Positions 14,304 to 28,310 of a stretch of DNA of 64,000 nt are shown here, piece after piece; within the stretch, counting starts at the first letter, position 1; each line of letters begins with the position of its first letter. A model generated the notes under the pieces. That model was not told the DNA's origin. It did no database searches and saw only the letters and a program-made list of their open reading frames with translations. The DNA lies in NCBI GenBank assembly GCA_021613535.1, contig CP075494.1, positions 186,001 to 250,000 of the forward strand. The letters run 5' to 3'. Source of the DNA: Adineta vaga. Lineage: Eukaryota > Animalia > Rotifera. A program made the position numbers and the translations under genes.

Positions 14304-14716
14304 AGCGCATGCTCATTTTCAGTGAGCACAACAATAAACAGATTTGCATCCGTAAATTTCACAACCGTGGATCTTATCGCAATATTGCAACATTAAAAAA
14401 CGTTTAAAATTAGTCTAACGATTCGCACAAAAAGCAGTTGAAAATGTTCGAAAAAGATCCGTGCACGTACCTGCTCGCTGCGGCCTTTTCAGAAATATTG
14501 CAGTGTTTATGGAATAGGCCCTGATAATTGTCCATACACTTTTGACTGGCTTGCGCTCTCTGAAGAGACCTTGCTGCACATTCATCCAATCGTGAGTAGG
14601 CCATTACTCGATGGCTGATACCACTAACATTAACAAAGAAAATGAATAAATATACGACAAAAGGAAATAATGCAAGTAGCTTTATGGCTGCATCCATAAA
14701 GTATAGCCCGTCTTTT

Positions 14717-15391
14717 CGGCGCCCACGCCCAAACCCTTTGAAAGTTTCAGGATTTGTAGAGTTTCTTTCCGCTGACCATTATGGTAATCAAATTTTTACT
14801 AGTAGACCTTATTTTCGTTAACATACAGGCCAAACACTATAAGCACTTTTTCGAATTTTTACAAAAAAGAAATACACTATTTGATAGAAAAATCGATAAA
14901 ATTTCACTATTATTCATATAAATTTTGAGACCCATAAGATATTCAGATTCCTCTTGAAAAATCGCATAAGATTTTATGAGAATCCATAAAAGTTTCAAGG
15001 GCTTTTGTGCAGTTGTCTTGGTGAATTAGTGAAGAAGAGTGTGTGAGGGTGTGAGTTTAGAACATTAAACAATACGACCACCCTCACCCACAACTGCACA
15101 AAAGCCCTTGAAACTTTTATGGATTCTCATAAAATCTGATGCGATTTTTCAAGAGGAATCTGAATATCTTATGGGTCTCAAAATATATGTGAATAATAGT
15201 GGAATTTTATCGATTTTTCTGTCAAATAGTGTATTTCTTTTTTGTAAAAATTCGAAAAAGTGCTAATAGTGTTTGGCCTGTACGTTTACGAAAATAAGAT
15301 CTAATACTAAAAATTCGATTACCATAAGGGTCAACGGAAAGAAACTCTGCAAATCCTGAAAGTTTCAAAAGGTTTTGGCGTGGACGCCCGA
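14717..15391. mobile_element. Foldback element with ~300-bp arms and a GGGTGT hairpin in the loop
   Basis: 14717-15017 is the reverse complement of ~15089-15391 with high identity. Confidence 0.85.
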
Positions 15392-15767
15392 CTGACCTTT
15401 CAATTATCTTTATCGAACCTTCATATGACGGGCCTCCGTACCACAAATCCTAAAAATATAGGAAAATATAGAATATGGAATAAGAATTTATAAAGGACTT
15501 GTTTAATAATACAGTACATATCCCTAATTTTGTCGGAAAATGTTTACCTGTTTTTGTTTCAGTTAGTGCGAGAGTACTTTACATCTGCTCAGAAATACTT
15601 TTATATATCTGGAATCTCTAGATTCTGTTCTTCAAAACGATATGTTATTGACCTTTCATTTTTCAGATTTTGATAGTGAAATTAGCGGCCTACGAATAAT
15701 ACTTTCATCTGATATAACAAGGTAGTGGTTCCCCAATTATGACGACCAGCACAAAAATGTCCCTAAT

Positions 15768-16311
15768 TATTCTCTTTCTCGTAGAGAAGAGTCCAGTAAA
15801 CATAAATTGTCTGATTGATTGCTTCTATGTCAACAGGGTCAAGAAAACATCGAAGACCGATTTTTTGGAAAAGACATCTCTAAAGGTATTTCGATGCGGG
15901 GACTTCAAATGTGCGTCTCATTTGCTCAGACTACTGAAGGGGAGGGGAGAGATGAATTGGCAGAAGTGACGTAGACTGATAGAAACCGAGTTTTTGGGTA
16001 ATGCATTTGTATGGGTATCCAAATGTTCCAATGTTTGTAGTGCAAGTGTGGCGATCATAAACTGTTGGCTTTTTTGCGTATAAGATTACTAACACCTCAC
16101 TTATTCATTAAAGGCTAGTTCGAGAAGCCACTGATGCCGCGCGCTCAAATATGTTTTGACCTGTATTTACCACTGAGTAAGATGCGAGTATGTGCTAAGA
16201 GTAGTGAACAACAGAGGAGAGCAAGATTTTCTATTGTTTCTCCAATAAATGTGAAGACGATGCATTTCTACGAGAAAGAGCTAAGCGAGTCCGCGGACGA
16301 GCGTTACTTGT
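15768..16311 (+). mobile_element. Helentron-derived non-autonomous element (HINE/DINE-1-like)
   Basis: Subterminal IR TTATTCTCTTTCTCGTAGA / TCTACGAGAAAGAGCTAA (~16267-16284), 3' GC hairpin GTCCGCGGAC, end TTACTTGT, no TSD. Confidence 0.7.
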
Positions 16312-16315
16312 GATG

Positions 16316-16538
16316 TAGGGGTGCAAGAAACCCAAAACTTTTGATTTGTTTTAACAGACTTGGATTTGGTTTCTCAGATTTGGATTTGGATTTGAGTTTT
16401 ATTTGGGTCTCATATGCCTGTAAATCATGTGACTTTGCTATTAGACAAGTTTAAGTTCAAAAACAAATCCTAACCCAAGTGCAAATTCTACCAACCAAAT
16501 CCAAATCCAAATCTTCACTAGGATTTGTTGCACCCCTA
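16316..16538. mobile_element. hAT-type MITE
   Basis: TIR TAGGGGTGCAA / TTGCACCCCTA, GGATTT subterminal repeats, 8-bp TSD TTATGATG (left copy split by the HINE). Confidence 0.75.
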
Positions 16539-17278
16539 TTATGATGCTTCTAAAAAAATATATAGAAAAACTCGATTTAAGGAAAAAAAACTTTTTTTTA
16601 ATGTTTGTTGAGGGAGATGAAGTGAAGATGTCTGAGACATTTTTATAGAGCAGACCAAGCTCTATCATAATCCAAAGTTTCGAGATAGCAGTGTTTTCTT
16701 TTATTAAGATGCAGATCTTGGAATGAAGACATCTAAATGTAGTGGGGGAAAAGTTGCCCCTGATTCGGAGGATCCGGACAATTTTCGTTCGTAATTATGA
16801 TTTGTATACTAGTTTTGTAATGAAATATTCCTACAGAAATAGCTGACTGTTATACTTTAGGACAAAAACACAAATTATCTTCGTAGTTAGCGACCAAAAA
16901 TGACTGAAAGTTCATAATACTACCGTGGAAATTAGAGACAAAAATTGTCTGAACCCTCGGAATCAGGGGCAACTTTTCCCCCACTACATTTAGATGTCTT
17001 CATTCCAAGATCTGCATCTTAATAAAAGAAAACACTGCTATCTCGAAACTTTGGATTATGATAGAGCTTGATCTGCTCTATAAAAATGTCTCAGACATCT
17101 TCACTTCATCTCCCTAAAAAAACATTGAAAAAAGAAGTTTTTTTCCTTAAATCGAGTTTTTCTATATATTTTTTTTGAAGCATCATAATTAGGGACATTT
17201 TTTTACTGGTCGTCATAATTGAGGAACCACTACCTTATTATATCAGAGGGTGTGGGTGTGAAGGTTTACATCTCATTC

Positions 17279-17470
17279 TTACCCACACACGCCCACTACA
17301 GGTAGGACAAACGTATTTGTACTTGCATTTTTAGTACTTTTTAAGTATTAAGTATTTAATTTGTACTTTCAAAAAATGTACTTGGTACTCGCCTATCGTA
17401 GTACAAATATTTTTCATAAAGTACAAGTTAGATACTTTTACTTACTGTACTTGTACTCGTCCTAGCTCTG
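17279..17470. mobile_element. Small MITE with GTACTT subrepeats inserted in a GGGTGT hairpin
   Basis: CAGGTAGGAC... / ...GTCCTAGCTCTG ends with many GTACT units. Confidence 0.5.
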
Positions 17471-17543
17471 ATACCCACACTCACATCCTCAAGATATGTC
17501 TAGGAGAGTGCCTTTTTTTTAACTTTTCTCGGTCAAATAGGAC

Positions 17544-18700
17544 TTACTTGATTAAACGCCTCACTTTTCGCTCACAAAATAGGATAATATCCGACCGCTT
17601 AAAACATAAAGGGAATATAGGATGATTACAAACCAAGATTGATATTGGAAGATTAAAGGTTTGATCGTTCAATGTAGATCTTATACACGGCTCCACGTCG
17701 TTGAGAACGGCCAATGCAAACTTATTGAAGAAACATTTTTTTGTGGCAGAATCAGCATCAACAATTCTGTTCCTAATATCAGTCGCCATTTCCACACACT
17801 TGTCACACCCATGAAGCGGACCGCCGTCGCCATAAAAATTAGCGTTTAGTTTATCATTCGACAAAACGCATTTCCTAAAAACAAAGTTAAAATTTATACT
17901 GAATGTGAGACAAACAACTTCGTGATTCCAAACTACGATGAATGTCAGGAAACTAGCTCGTAAAAAGCAAGCTTTACACATCGTCTCCGTAAACTAATTT
18001 CTATCGTGTATTTTGTAGAAATAAAATAATCCGACAAAGAAAACGGACCTCGCATCATGAGATGCACCCCCGACATTTAAAAAATCGGTATGTGATATGC
18101 GCGATAAACGTTCCTTGTCGAGACATACAGAAACGTTTACCCAGAAACATCGATAAATAACTTCATTTTTTTTTATCACCTGTTCCATACGTCATGCTAG
18201 CAAAAGATGCTCACTTGCTATCTGCAGTCTGATACGGATCAAAGCACTTAGCAACCTGTTTTACAAAATCAGTGTCAAATTCATCGTCAAGTTCACGACC
18301 ATATTCAGTAGCTTGCGTTGACAATGAGTTCAAGAATGCTGTAAAAGAACTGCTGCAACCAGAATCCTTCAACGCAACCTGTGAAAAAAATGAACGACCA
18401 AAAACTTGGTAACGCAAAGGTACAATTTTACAAAACTTACAATAGGAACAATAGCCAAAATTAGTAGTACAACCTTCATATTTATTTTAGCTCACCACCA
18501 ACGAACTCTCGAGTGCCAAATTTTTAAAACCAATAACTAAAATTTGCTGCGTAATTACCGTTGATATATTGACGTCAGGCTGAAAGTGGAGAAACAGACT
18601 GTCTAAAAACGATAGAAAGGAAGAAAACGAAATATAAATGAAAAATCATTTAAAATAAAGTATGGTGACTATTCATTCTGTAGAAACAAAATTTCCAAAC
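17544..18700 (-). CDS. Multi-exon gene or relic of unknown function
   Basis: Coding-like segments (17544-17870, 18211-18417) bounded by GT/AG-like sites; no family recognised. Confidence 0.35.
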
Positions 18701-19235
18701 AAGAGAAAGGCAGCAATGTCTTGAAGAAAACGTTTCTCTGTTCTCAATGTATGCATTTATGACCTAGGATACGATAGGTCAGAATTCGAGATTTTCCCCA
18801 GAATGAACTCCCAGCGAGATCACCAGCTCTCCAAGTAAAGGGTGCGTAAAAAAATTATTCTGCGCAGTAACACTCTCATTTCATACCAAATGAAAGCTCG
18901 TCAAAAACGGGATATATTGGTACTAAATCGAAAACGTTATCACAAATTTTTAATCTCGAAACTATGGAATTTTCCGAAATTGTATACCCTTTGGTGTAGC
19001 AAATTAAGGCGACACTAATTTAACAAGTAGCGCGAATCAAACGGATTCGTTGACCCTTTTCTGAAATAAAGAAAAATCAGTCCGACTGGTACCCAGTTAT
19101 GAATGGTGCATCCCTAGTCGTACGTTTTTTTCGTAATCAATACAGTCAAACTGTTCACAACATTTTATCGAGAAGTTCGAAGCCTGTTATTAAACTAGAA
19201 GCGTAGATTTAAAGTAAGACAGAATACATTGTATC

Positions 19236-19597
19236 TAGAGGTGGACAAGTCAGAGCTTAAATTAATTCTAGTGTAGTTTTCTCCTACTGTAAAACAGTCA
19301 AAATATAAACCGGTCATCCTTTTTCATGAGAGACGATCTTTCGACAAGATTTCATCAGAAATAAGAAAAAAATTAAGTAAAATAAAAAAAGAGGGATCAC
19401 AATTAATAAGTTTACGTTCACTCAAGAAACTAATATATCTTAGATAAACGGATTCTACTGCTCAAAAACATACAAATATACCACAATTAATCAATTTGAA
19501 TTCACATGAAACGCTAATATAATGTAAATAAACAGATTTAACTTCATAAGAATGAAAAATATACTATAAATTAACTGATTTGACTTGCCCACCTCTG
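19236..19597. mobile_element. hAT-type MITE with perfect 8-bp TSD
   Basis: TIR TAGAGGTGGACAAGTCA / TGACTTGCCCACCTCTG; TSD ATTGTATC at 19228-19235 and 19598-19605. Confidence 0.85.
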
Positions 19598-21846
19598 ATT
19601 GTATCGTACAACATTGGAATTAATGCTTAATGCATACCTTTCGAATAATAAAATAAATTTTTTTATGCTTTCGAATTTGCGCTACAACGTATCATAAACG
19701 TTTATTTCGAATTAGAAAATAAATACGTATGCCTGAAGGTCGCTTTACGTAGATAAATGGATATATGAATAATTAAGTACACTTACGATGGAAATTAATG
19801 TTGAAATGTATCGAAGTTGTCTTTTGGTATGTAAGAAGCAGGCTACTTCATATATTTATATTCAACAAAGTTACTTGGTTTTTTCCAAGTAATGTTTATC
19901 TAGGTGAATTAACGAAGCGTGCTATTTCATACACATGGTGATAACTTGGGTATGATTGTATACCTTTTACGCATGTCTTTTTTATTACACTCTACTACAC
20001 AGTTTTGTCTTTCCTTGGTATTCTTTGCTCGATATAAGAAAAAACAAACGTGTATATGCAACGTAGGTGTTCGTATAATACCTTCTTCGCTTGAACAAAT
20101 CGACAAATTTTAAGCAATTTGAAGCTCCATATAACCCTTTCTTTCTTGAGTGTGAGGGTGAGTAAGATCCCTAAACCTACGCCCATACCCTCAAGATATA
20201 GTTACGTGTTTCAATATTTTCAAATGATATTCGTCGTATATGTGGAATATAAGATAATATAAACTATCAAATTGATTTTTTGAAAATTTATTTTTAATAA
20301 TTAAATATTCAGTTGAACTAAATTGATATGTAGCAAGAGAAAAAATATTTAATGTTCGAAAAGTTTCTGTTGATATTTGAAAATATTAGGAAATATTAAT
20401 TCAAAGATTTTTATATAAATATCAATTGATTTTATTGTTAATGAATTTAAAATTATTTCTTGAGTGTGGAATAAATAGGGTACCCTCACCCTCTAGACGA
20501 ATATTCTTTTACATTTTGCTTCAACAACCTTCGTTCTGTAGTGTTATGCATAGTCTTTTAACAGTTATTTTTCATGATTAACTCAGTGCAAGGGCGTTAT
20601 TTTCTTCTACGTGATCTGCCCATTTGACTGATAATATAATTAGATTATTGTTCTAGAAAGTGCATTGGTGCACATTTCCCCAGTAGTAAAAAAATATACT
20701 GATGTATATGTTTCTTGTAATGCATACGTCTTCTTGAAAGAAACGCTAATTTCAAAGATTAAAGACATAATTATAACGTTGTGTCAAACAGAATATCAAT
20801 ATTACTTTATATTTCAAGTCATGGAAGGTCTCCAAGTGCGATTATTCGTTTTGAATTGCGTATAGAACAGCGAGGCTCAAATTTTCTGAACAACCAGTAT
20901 AAAATCATGTTATTCCTTAAAGTTCATCTTAGCAAGAAATTCTTTATACGTGGTTACCATACTCACTAATCTCTACAAAATGATAAGCATTCAATAAAAA
21001 ATGGACGATGGTACTTGGAGAATCCTTCTCTTGAGATGAGAGAATGTTTAAATGGTATCAAAGATTGATAAATAATAGAATATTATGAAAATAATTCCAC
21101 TATAGATAAACGATCCAACTATGTTGTATATTCGATAATGATAACGAAAATCGCTCTCTTGAAAATATCTGGCCGATGCAATACGATATTTCTTTGTGAA
21201 ATAAATTCGATGTATTTGTATTTTGCGCATTTACATAGTATTTGAAAAATGCAGGATGGTAATATTAAAAAATTGCGAGCTCTAAAGGTAATATTTATGA
21301 CCTATTTACGTTATACTAGGTGAGATGAGGGAAAGACAAATTATCATACGGATAATAGTGCCATTCGTAACTACAGGTATAGAGTGACACTTATGTCGGC
21401 GGCATGGGAGAAAAACCTGATTTAAATCACTTGAACTCATCATAAATATTTTTCAACATTCATTTTCTTCTATAGAGCCGAACAAGCAATTTTTTCAATT
21501 TGATTTGATGAGAAGCATGCAAGGGAGAAAAGTGCGAGCACCTGTGGACCAAAATTTATGGTAGGCGTTGAGGGTGTGGGTGTGGGAGTTAGAAGAGAAG
21601 ACCCACACCTATCGAAAGCATTGCATCAATAGAGAATTGAAATAGTAATAAAAAACAAAGCTGAAATACTTATAGTTTTAGAAGGAAAAACGCTGTTGCT
21701 ATCCAAATAGCAGTGGGAAACAAAGTGTCTCTAGAATGAATGCCATCGGTTCATTTCAAGCATTAGACTAGGAACATCGTTTTCTTCTTCGCTGATTGGA
21801 CGAGATCATTTCTCAAAGGCACACAGAATGTCGCTCGTTAATGCAG

Positions 21847-22238
21847 ACCATAGACCAAAGTGGACTCGACTCGTCAGACATTCCAACTAATATTTTCCTA
21901 AGATGGTACTTGCGACAGATATGTCATTTACTCTAGCGACTTTAACTACGGAGACACGTTACAAAACGCGCCTACTAAGTTTTGTAACTCCAAGCATGCT
22001 AGAAACCATTCTAGGATTCAATGCTAAGTTTAGTCTGATGAGAGCAATCAGAAAAACTGAATTACAGATATTTTCTTTCGCTTTCTCTTTCTCTATTCGT
22101 TCTTTTATACATTGAAATTTTTTTGAATTAATGAAAGAAGGAAGTAAGCTGATCCGATTTGAGTTAAGTCAGACCCTCGACTGATATGGATCGAGTCGAG
22201 CTGAGTTATGACTTTTATGACTCGTCTTGGTCTATGGT
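21847..22238. mobile_element. MITE-like element
   Basis: ACCATAGACCAA / TTGGTCTATGGT TIRs with GACTC/GAGTC subterminal repeats; no clear TSD. Confidence 0.55.
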
Positions 22239-22950
22239 ACGAACGATATCATAAAAATAAATATTGTAACAAATAATGAATCATTTTTGCATTATCGACT
22301 ACATGGGATAACAAGATTAATCCTCAAGTAGAATAAAATTATTCTTTTTGTGAGATATTTCTAATAAAATGCAAGCTAAAATTCCCATTTTCGTAACAAA
22401 ATGGGGTGGGTGTGGTTCTTTTCTTCTAACACTCACACCCATCGACATGATGTTCATTTTCAAGATACAGTTCTTTTAAAATGATATTATGGCGAGTAGA
22501 AGCGAGTCGAGGCGATGCGCATTACTTATTTCATATGTTACACTATAGGCCGGCATAAAGAAAAAAGGAAGCTCTTGAAAATAGTGGATGAGAATCGTAG
22601 TGAGGAAAAAATGATGTTTTTGCCTTCGGAACTAATTTGTTGATTCGATTCAGACACAACCTTTTTCTCTACGCAGCGTATGCATGCGTAGAAGAAAACA
22701 TGCATTATGAAACACATCAACATGTGCTTTATTCCTTTTTTGTCCGTTCGTTTGCAGCTAATAAATTTCTCCACTTTTTGCTCGTCGAAAGCGCATATGA
22801 AGGCAATAGAACGTCAACTAACGTCACAAACGAATCTAAAATAGGTGACACAGACTCCATAGCATCTCAGACCTTAACAACCACGACAAAGAATAATTAC
22901 CATTCCGCCTGTTGTTTTTTTTTCTGCAGCTTCTTTTAACCATAATCAGA

Positions 22951-23229
22951 ATGGCTGATTATAACCCAGTTAATGGAGTAGATCCCGATAATGTTGGTCC
23001 GATTATTCATCCTGGGATTACCATTAGTAGTATTCGTGATGTCGGTTATTGTACTGCTTTTTGCCGTTGTCTTCGATTCTTTTGTTGTTGTTGTAATGCT
23101 ATTATTACTGCTCCTTGTTTTGCGATTTGCGGTGAAGATTGTCTGCCTGCTTGCTGTACCAATGGTGGTACTTGTGATCCTGATGGTAATTGTTGTGAAT
23201 CTTGTCTTGGCGACGGTGGTTTCGGCTGA
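22951..23229 (+). CDS. Small cysteine-rich protein (92 aa)
   Basis: MADYNPV...FFCCCCN...CC...CC; T-ending codon bias like that of host genes. Confidence 0.65.
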   Translation: MADYNPVNGVDPDNVGPIIHPGITISSIRDVGYCTAFCRCLRFFCCCCNAIITAPCFAICGEDCLPACCTNGGTCDPDGNCCESCLGDGGFG

Positions 23230-24188
23230 GTCAGGTATGTTTTGTGAATAGCGTTTTGATGATAACTCTTAGAAGGAATGTTTCTGATATTTGATTCCAA
23301 CATTCGTAGTTTCTTTGAGATAAATATTTAGAATACTTTATGACGTTGAATTAGCTCAAAATTTTTGTTTGTAGACGTATGGCACAATCACGGACCCGCA
23401 TCGAAAATTAAATGTTCTGATTAGGGCTGGCACATTCTCTTTCCTTTTTCAATAACTACTAACTGTCACAATAAATATTTTCCTTCCAATAGAGCTTGTG
23501 GGTGTGGGTGTAATTTAAACTGAAGAATAACACCCGCCCTCACCCTCACCAACACACAATTAAGTTACAAGCATAATATCTAACTACGTTTTTGAAAGAT
23601 ATACAAAGATATATATTTCTCTCAATAGAGTTCAATATTTTCTTGTTAAACTCTTATTCTTTTTTTGTTATAAAATTAATGTTTATCAAATACAGAGAAA
23701 ATGATACTGAGTCATCTATATCGCATGACGTACATCGATGATTGCAGTGAAAGCAAATAAAATCAACGACTACCTTTATCGTTCTTTTATTTACTCATCA
23801 TATTTCTAATTAAAAAGTATGATTTTTTTATCTCAGTTTTGTGAATATGTCCTTCGTTTTTTTTTCTCATTAATACTATTCGAAAAATGTGGGCTGATAA
23901 TTTGATATCACATGAAAACTTTATGTATCGAATAATTTTCAACTTTCAATGATAAACGGATGAGTAGAAACAGTACGGAGGTGAAGAAAAATAATATATC
24001 TTAAAAGAAAGGTCAATATAATTAATCTCAAGGTCAGTCTTTCTTTGGGTATGAATGATTTATTCGCATAATGAAAAACAGAAAAATAAATAATTTAAAA
24101 GAAAATGAAAATCATTTTTCCTACGCTGTCATGGTTTAGTATATAAAATGATAAATAGTCAAACAAAAATACATCATTTTCAAGTAAA

Positions 24189-24630
24189 ATGCATCGTGCA
24201 AGTCTCATCGTTTCTGCTCTGTTTTTATTCATTGGATTAATAACAATATGTAATGGACGTTCAATCAAACCGATTTCCTTAGATGAAATGTCATTAGAAA
24301 AGCGAGAACATATTTATCGTAATCCAACAAAAGAAGCTCGTCATTCATCTTTGAAAAGAAAAAATGACGACAAAGAAGATAGTGATGAAGGGATGGCCGA
24401 AATTTACGCTGATATAGCTGAAAGTATCAAGAATGGTGTTCTCACTCTTGATGAAGTACTTAAAATAGCCGGTCCTACACACAAAGAAAAGGTCAAAGCA
24501 GAACTTGCTAAACTTGGTATTAAACGTTCAATTAAATCTTTCAAAATTCTAAATCATCTCAGAAAAAGACATATTTGTAAGTTATATAACTTTATTTCAT
24601 TGATATTTATTATTTTATTCGTATTTAGAA
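24189..24630 (+). CDS. Secreted prepropeptide-like protein; intron 24577-24628 splits the stop codon
   Basis: Signal peptide, several KR dibasic sites, upstream TATATAAA (~24140), GTAAGT...TTTAG intron yielding T|AA. Confidence 0.7.
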
Positions 24631-25492
24631 ATTATTTCATTAAACAATCATCTTTATTAGAAAAAAGAACTACGTTTTAATATATTTATTTTAATCTTCT
24701 TTTATTAACTTTTTTTTTTGTATCAATAAATTCTTTAGTTAGAAAAAAAAAAGAAATATTTATAGAAAAAATGCATTTCATATGAAAGATCGAATGATTC
24801 GTATTCTCTTCGGAGTTTACAGGAGAATAAACAAATACAAGACACTTATTAATTTTCAAAATACATTTCGATTATCATGAGTAATTAATGATTGGATCAA
24901 TAAACACGTGGAAAATATTTTGAATAAACATGATGAAAATATATTCATTTAAAGGAATTGATTATGCAAAACAATACTTATTGTCTTTCTATATACTTGA
25001 ATAGATAAATAACAATTTATACTTTAAAAAAAATTAGATCATTTAAGTAAATTAGTTCATAAAATTCTGAATAATATCTCAATATTTGATATTCTTACAA
25101 ACATATGCTTTGTTAATCATAAACAACTTTGTATAATTTCTCGTGACTATTGTCGCTTTCAAATTATTTCATTAAGATGTGATCATGACAATGATGCAAT
25201 CGATTGGTACATTTTCAAGGTTATGTATCTTGACTCTTAAATATCTTATAATAACTCTCACTGAAACTTTATCAAAATCCAATTGATATCATATATAACT
25301 CTGACATAATTGCAAAAATGTCTATGGTGGAATCCATATACAATGTAGATAATGAAAATCTTGTGGGTGTGGGTGTTAGTATTACATCTATCTATCACCC
25401 ACACTTGGTTTCAAGTCAGACTTGACTTGGAAATCTTTTTGAAAGCTATTGCTTGACTTGCCCATCTCTGTCTACGATATATGACAGAAATG

Positions 25493-26435
25493 CTACATAA
25501 AAGACTTGGAAAAACAAATAAATAATAGAATATATGTTGGACCCCAACCACCCATAAACGTAATAAACATAAGAATCATTTGTCGTAATAATGATATTTC
25601 TCGACGACTAATCAATGATTGTTGCTGTTGTTGAATGTTAGTTACCTTTGGAACTTTACTAACAGTAAATGCAGGTCGAACACGATGAGCTGATGATCGA
25701 ACATAAATAAACATGTGAATATTTAAAATAGCATTTATAAATGATGGTATCATAATAACCCAAATGCATAAATAAATGAGTACCCATGATGGAAGATGAC
25801 AATACTATTTTAAAAACAATTTCATGTTTAATTAAGATCTATCAAATTAAGATTAAAAAAGTGCGCAAATCAAGTAAAGAGCTTCACACTATAATCTATT
25901 AAAATCTTCAATAATGTAAGAGCATTTCTTTTCCTCCTATTAATCTATTTACAAATGCACTTTATTCTATAGTTAATTTTCTAAAATGTATTCCACTTAC
26001 ATCATGTGATAAAAGAAACAGTGGTGCTGAAATAACAAATTCACTAATCCATTGTCCACCAATGCATAATATCACCCATTTATTTGTTCGAAAGAAAGGT
26101 CGAGTATGATATAGTATTAAACAAAATCGATACGTAGTAAATGCAACAAATGCAAATGGTATTTGAATACTAGCTATGCAATATGTATAGTAAATTATAA
26201 GACAAACATCAGAAATAACGAATCGTCGAGAATCGAAGATTCCCGAAAGAATATATGTCATAAAGAAAATAGCACTTGCCATTATTGTAAAATAGATATT
26301 TAGTATAAACATATTATTTGGATGATAAAATCGACGATGTGATAGAATCGCAATTGAATAGATTGTTGTTAAACATAAAACTAAGGCCAGGAATATAATT
26401 TCAAGAATAACTAAAATATAGGTTATATTCACCAT
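25493..26435 (-). CDS. Divergent 7TM GPCR, multi-exon, 3' end possibly disrupted
   Basis: TM segments with NMFILN, YRFC, and TM6 FMGGWGP. Confidence 0.7.
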
Positions 26436-27918
26436 GTTGTTGACAGTTTAAAGATAACTTGGCAAAGAAGACAAGTATATACTCTTTTATATAAACACAG
26501 AGAATACGAAGTAAAAGAAAGAACGAGCAAAAAACACTTCAAAGACAGTGATAATCTGATTGATGAAAATCTAAAGGCATTCTACTGAAAGATATCAAAA
26601 GATTGTTAACACTCAGAGATAATAACTGAATATTATAATGTTAGCGCAAGACAAAATCCAATCAAATTTTTTTACGTGATCCGATATAATTTGACGCGCT
26701 GAATCCAACAATATGTATAATTCATTGAGATAAAAAGTAATTTTTGTAACAAAAAATTTATTATAGGTTTGGAAGTTTTTCCTCCTGATTCAGCATTAAA
26801 AACTGATTTTAGGAAACTATTTTTTTATCATTCGGTACACATATTTGTCAATATAAAGACTTATCGAATGTTTTCTTTCATCGTTTGACTCCTTTAATAT
26901 ACCAAAATATAATCTTCGTAGTTCTTTTTCGTTTCCCCTTTTGTATTCTTCGGTTAACCCTCGTTTATCAATCGAACACGTAAGGAAATTAGGAAAAATA
27001 ATATCGATAGAACAGATGAAATGTAAAATAATCGAAAAGAGTGTATTCGTCTTTTACTATTATGTGAAACTGAAACAACACACATTGAGAAAGGAATATA
27101 AATTATAAAGATTGTTGTCGTTATTTATATAATTATGTAGGATTTTTTTATCCGTTTTTGCTATTATCATTTCTAATGAGTTTTTTTATAAAAGGAAAAA
27201 GATAAAAAACTTAATACTAATCTATGCGAACATTATTTACTTCAATAATTGCAGATGAGAGGTTTGAATTTTATTGGACTGATTAGTTGAATATTTGAAT
27301 TCAACTATCGATTTTGACACTACTGATATAACTCGAATATATTAATCAAGCACTTATTTACGTTTTAACATATCCTGATTGCAAACAGTTATAGATTAAA
27401 AAAATGCCTAGTGTGTTATAATTGAACTATGATTCAATTTATTTGATATTTTTATAATTATTTTTGCAATTCTGGCAATGACACTTTATAATTTTCGTAA
27501 AAATGAAGTATATCTTATGATGCTAGTTGTCAACTTCTGTTCAACTGCACTAGTATTTGAAAGTACTATGCTTCAAGTGTCTATTTTTCAATTTATGCAC
27601 TAATTTGAGAAGAATAATTGTGTGTTACTCTTACATTAAAAGACAATATGAATGTAGAGATCTTTTTTCATTACAATTTGCAAATATGTAACAAGAGAAT
27701 AATTCTATCTGAGCCTGTTGGTTACATATTTTACTTGAAAATAAAATTATCAGTTAATATTTCATTTCATTTTAATCGATACACATACGCGTTCATGATT
27801 TTATAACGTATGTAAATCTCTAACTAACAGAAAGGAAGTCGATTTTTCTATGTATAAGAATAAAAATGAACATCTGCATTGAATAGTATTCAACTCGTCA
27901 TTTTTCAGTTGAAGAAAA

Positions 27919-28260
27919 ATGTTGCACATTAAAGGTTGGTTTTATTCAATACTAGTAAGTTATTTAATGGCTATACCTCAAATAAATCTCTATTTTACCG
28001 ATGAAGCTAATGAAAATACTGATGATGATGCCTTACAAGACGATTGTTTGTACGTATCATTATCTAATAATAATGAAAGTTTTCAAGAACAAATTACTCG
28101 TTATTGCCTGAGTGAATCATCAAGAAAATTTTCAATTGAAACTAATCACATGAATTTTCCTTCTTTTACATCTGATGAACTTGCAAAGAACAAAATCACT
28201 AGTAAACAATTATATATTTGATCTGCATCCATTGATCTCATCGAACAATATGAATGATAT
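27919..28260 (+). pseudogene. N-terminal fragment of a large receptor-type protein, truncated
   Basis: Signal-like start, IPQINLYFTD...DCLY...YCL, then in-frame stops and a TE end at 28263. Confidence 0.45.
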
Positions 28261-28262
28261 TT

Positions 28263-28310
28263 TTAACCCTTTCAAGTCGATGGGGCCCACCGGTGGGCCC
28301 CACTATATTT
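28263..28310 (+). mobile_element. piggyBac-like terminus with a perfect 22-bp GC palindrome
   Basis: TTAA|CCCTTT then TGGGGCCCACCGGTGGGCCCCA (28281-28302); partner end not identified. Confidence 0.5.

Larger units (their letters stand above)
15708..17247. mobile_element. Foldback MITE whose left arm is interrupted by two nested insertions
   Basis: Right arm 16945-17247 matches 15708-15770 plus 16539-16785 in inverted orientation. Confidence 0.85.
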
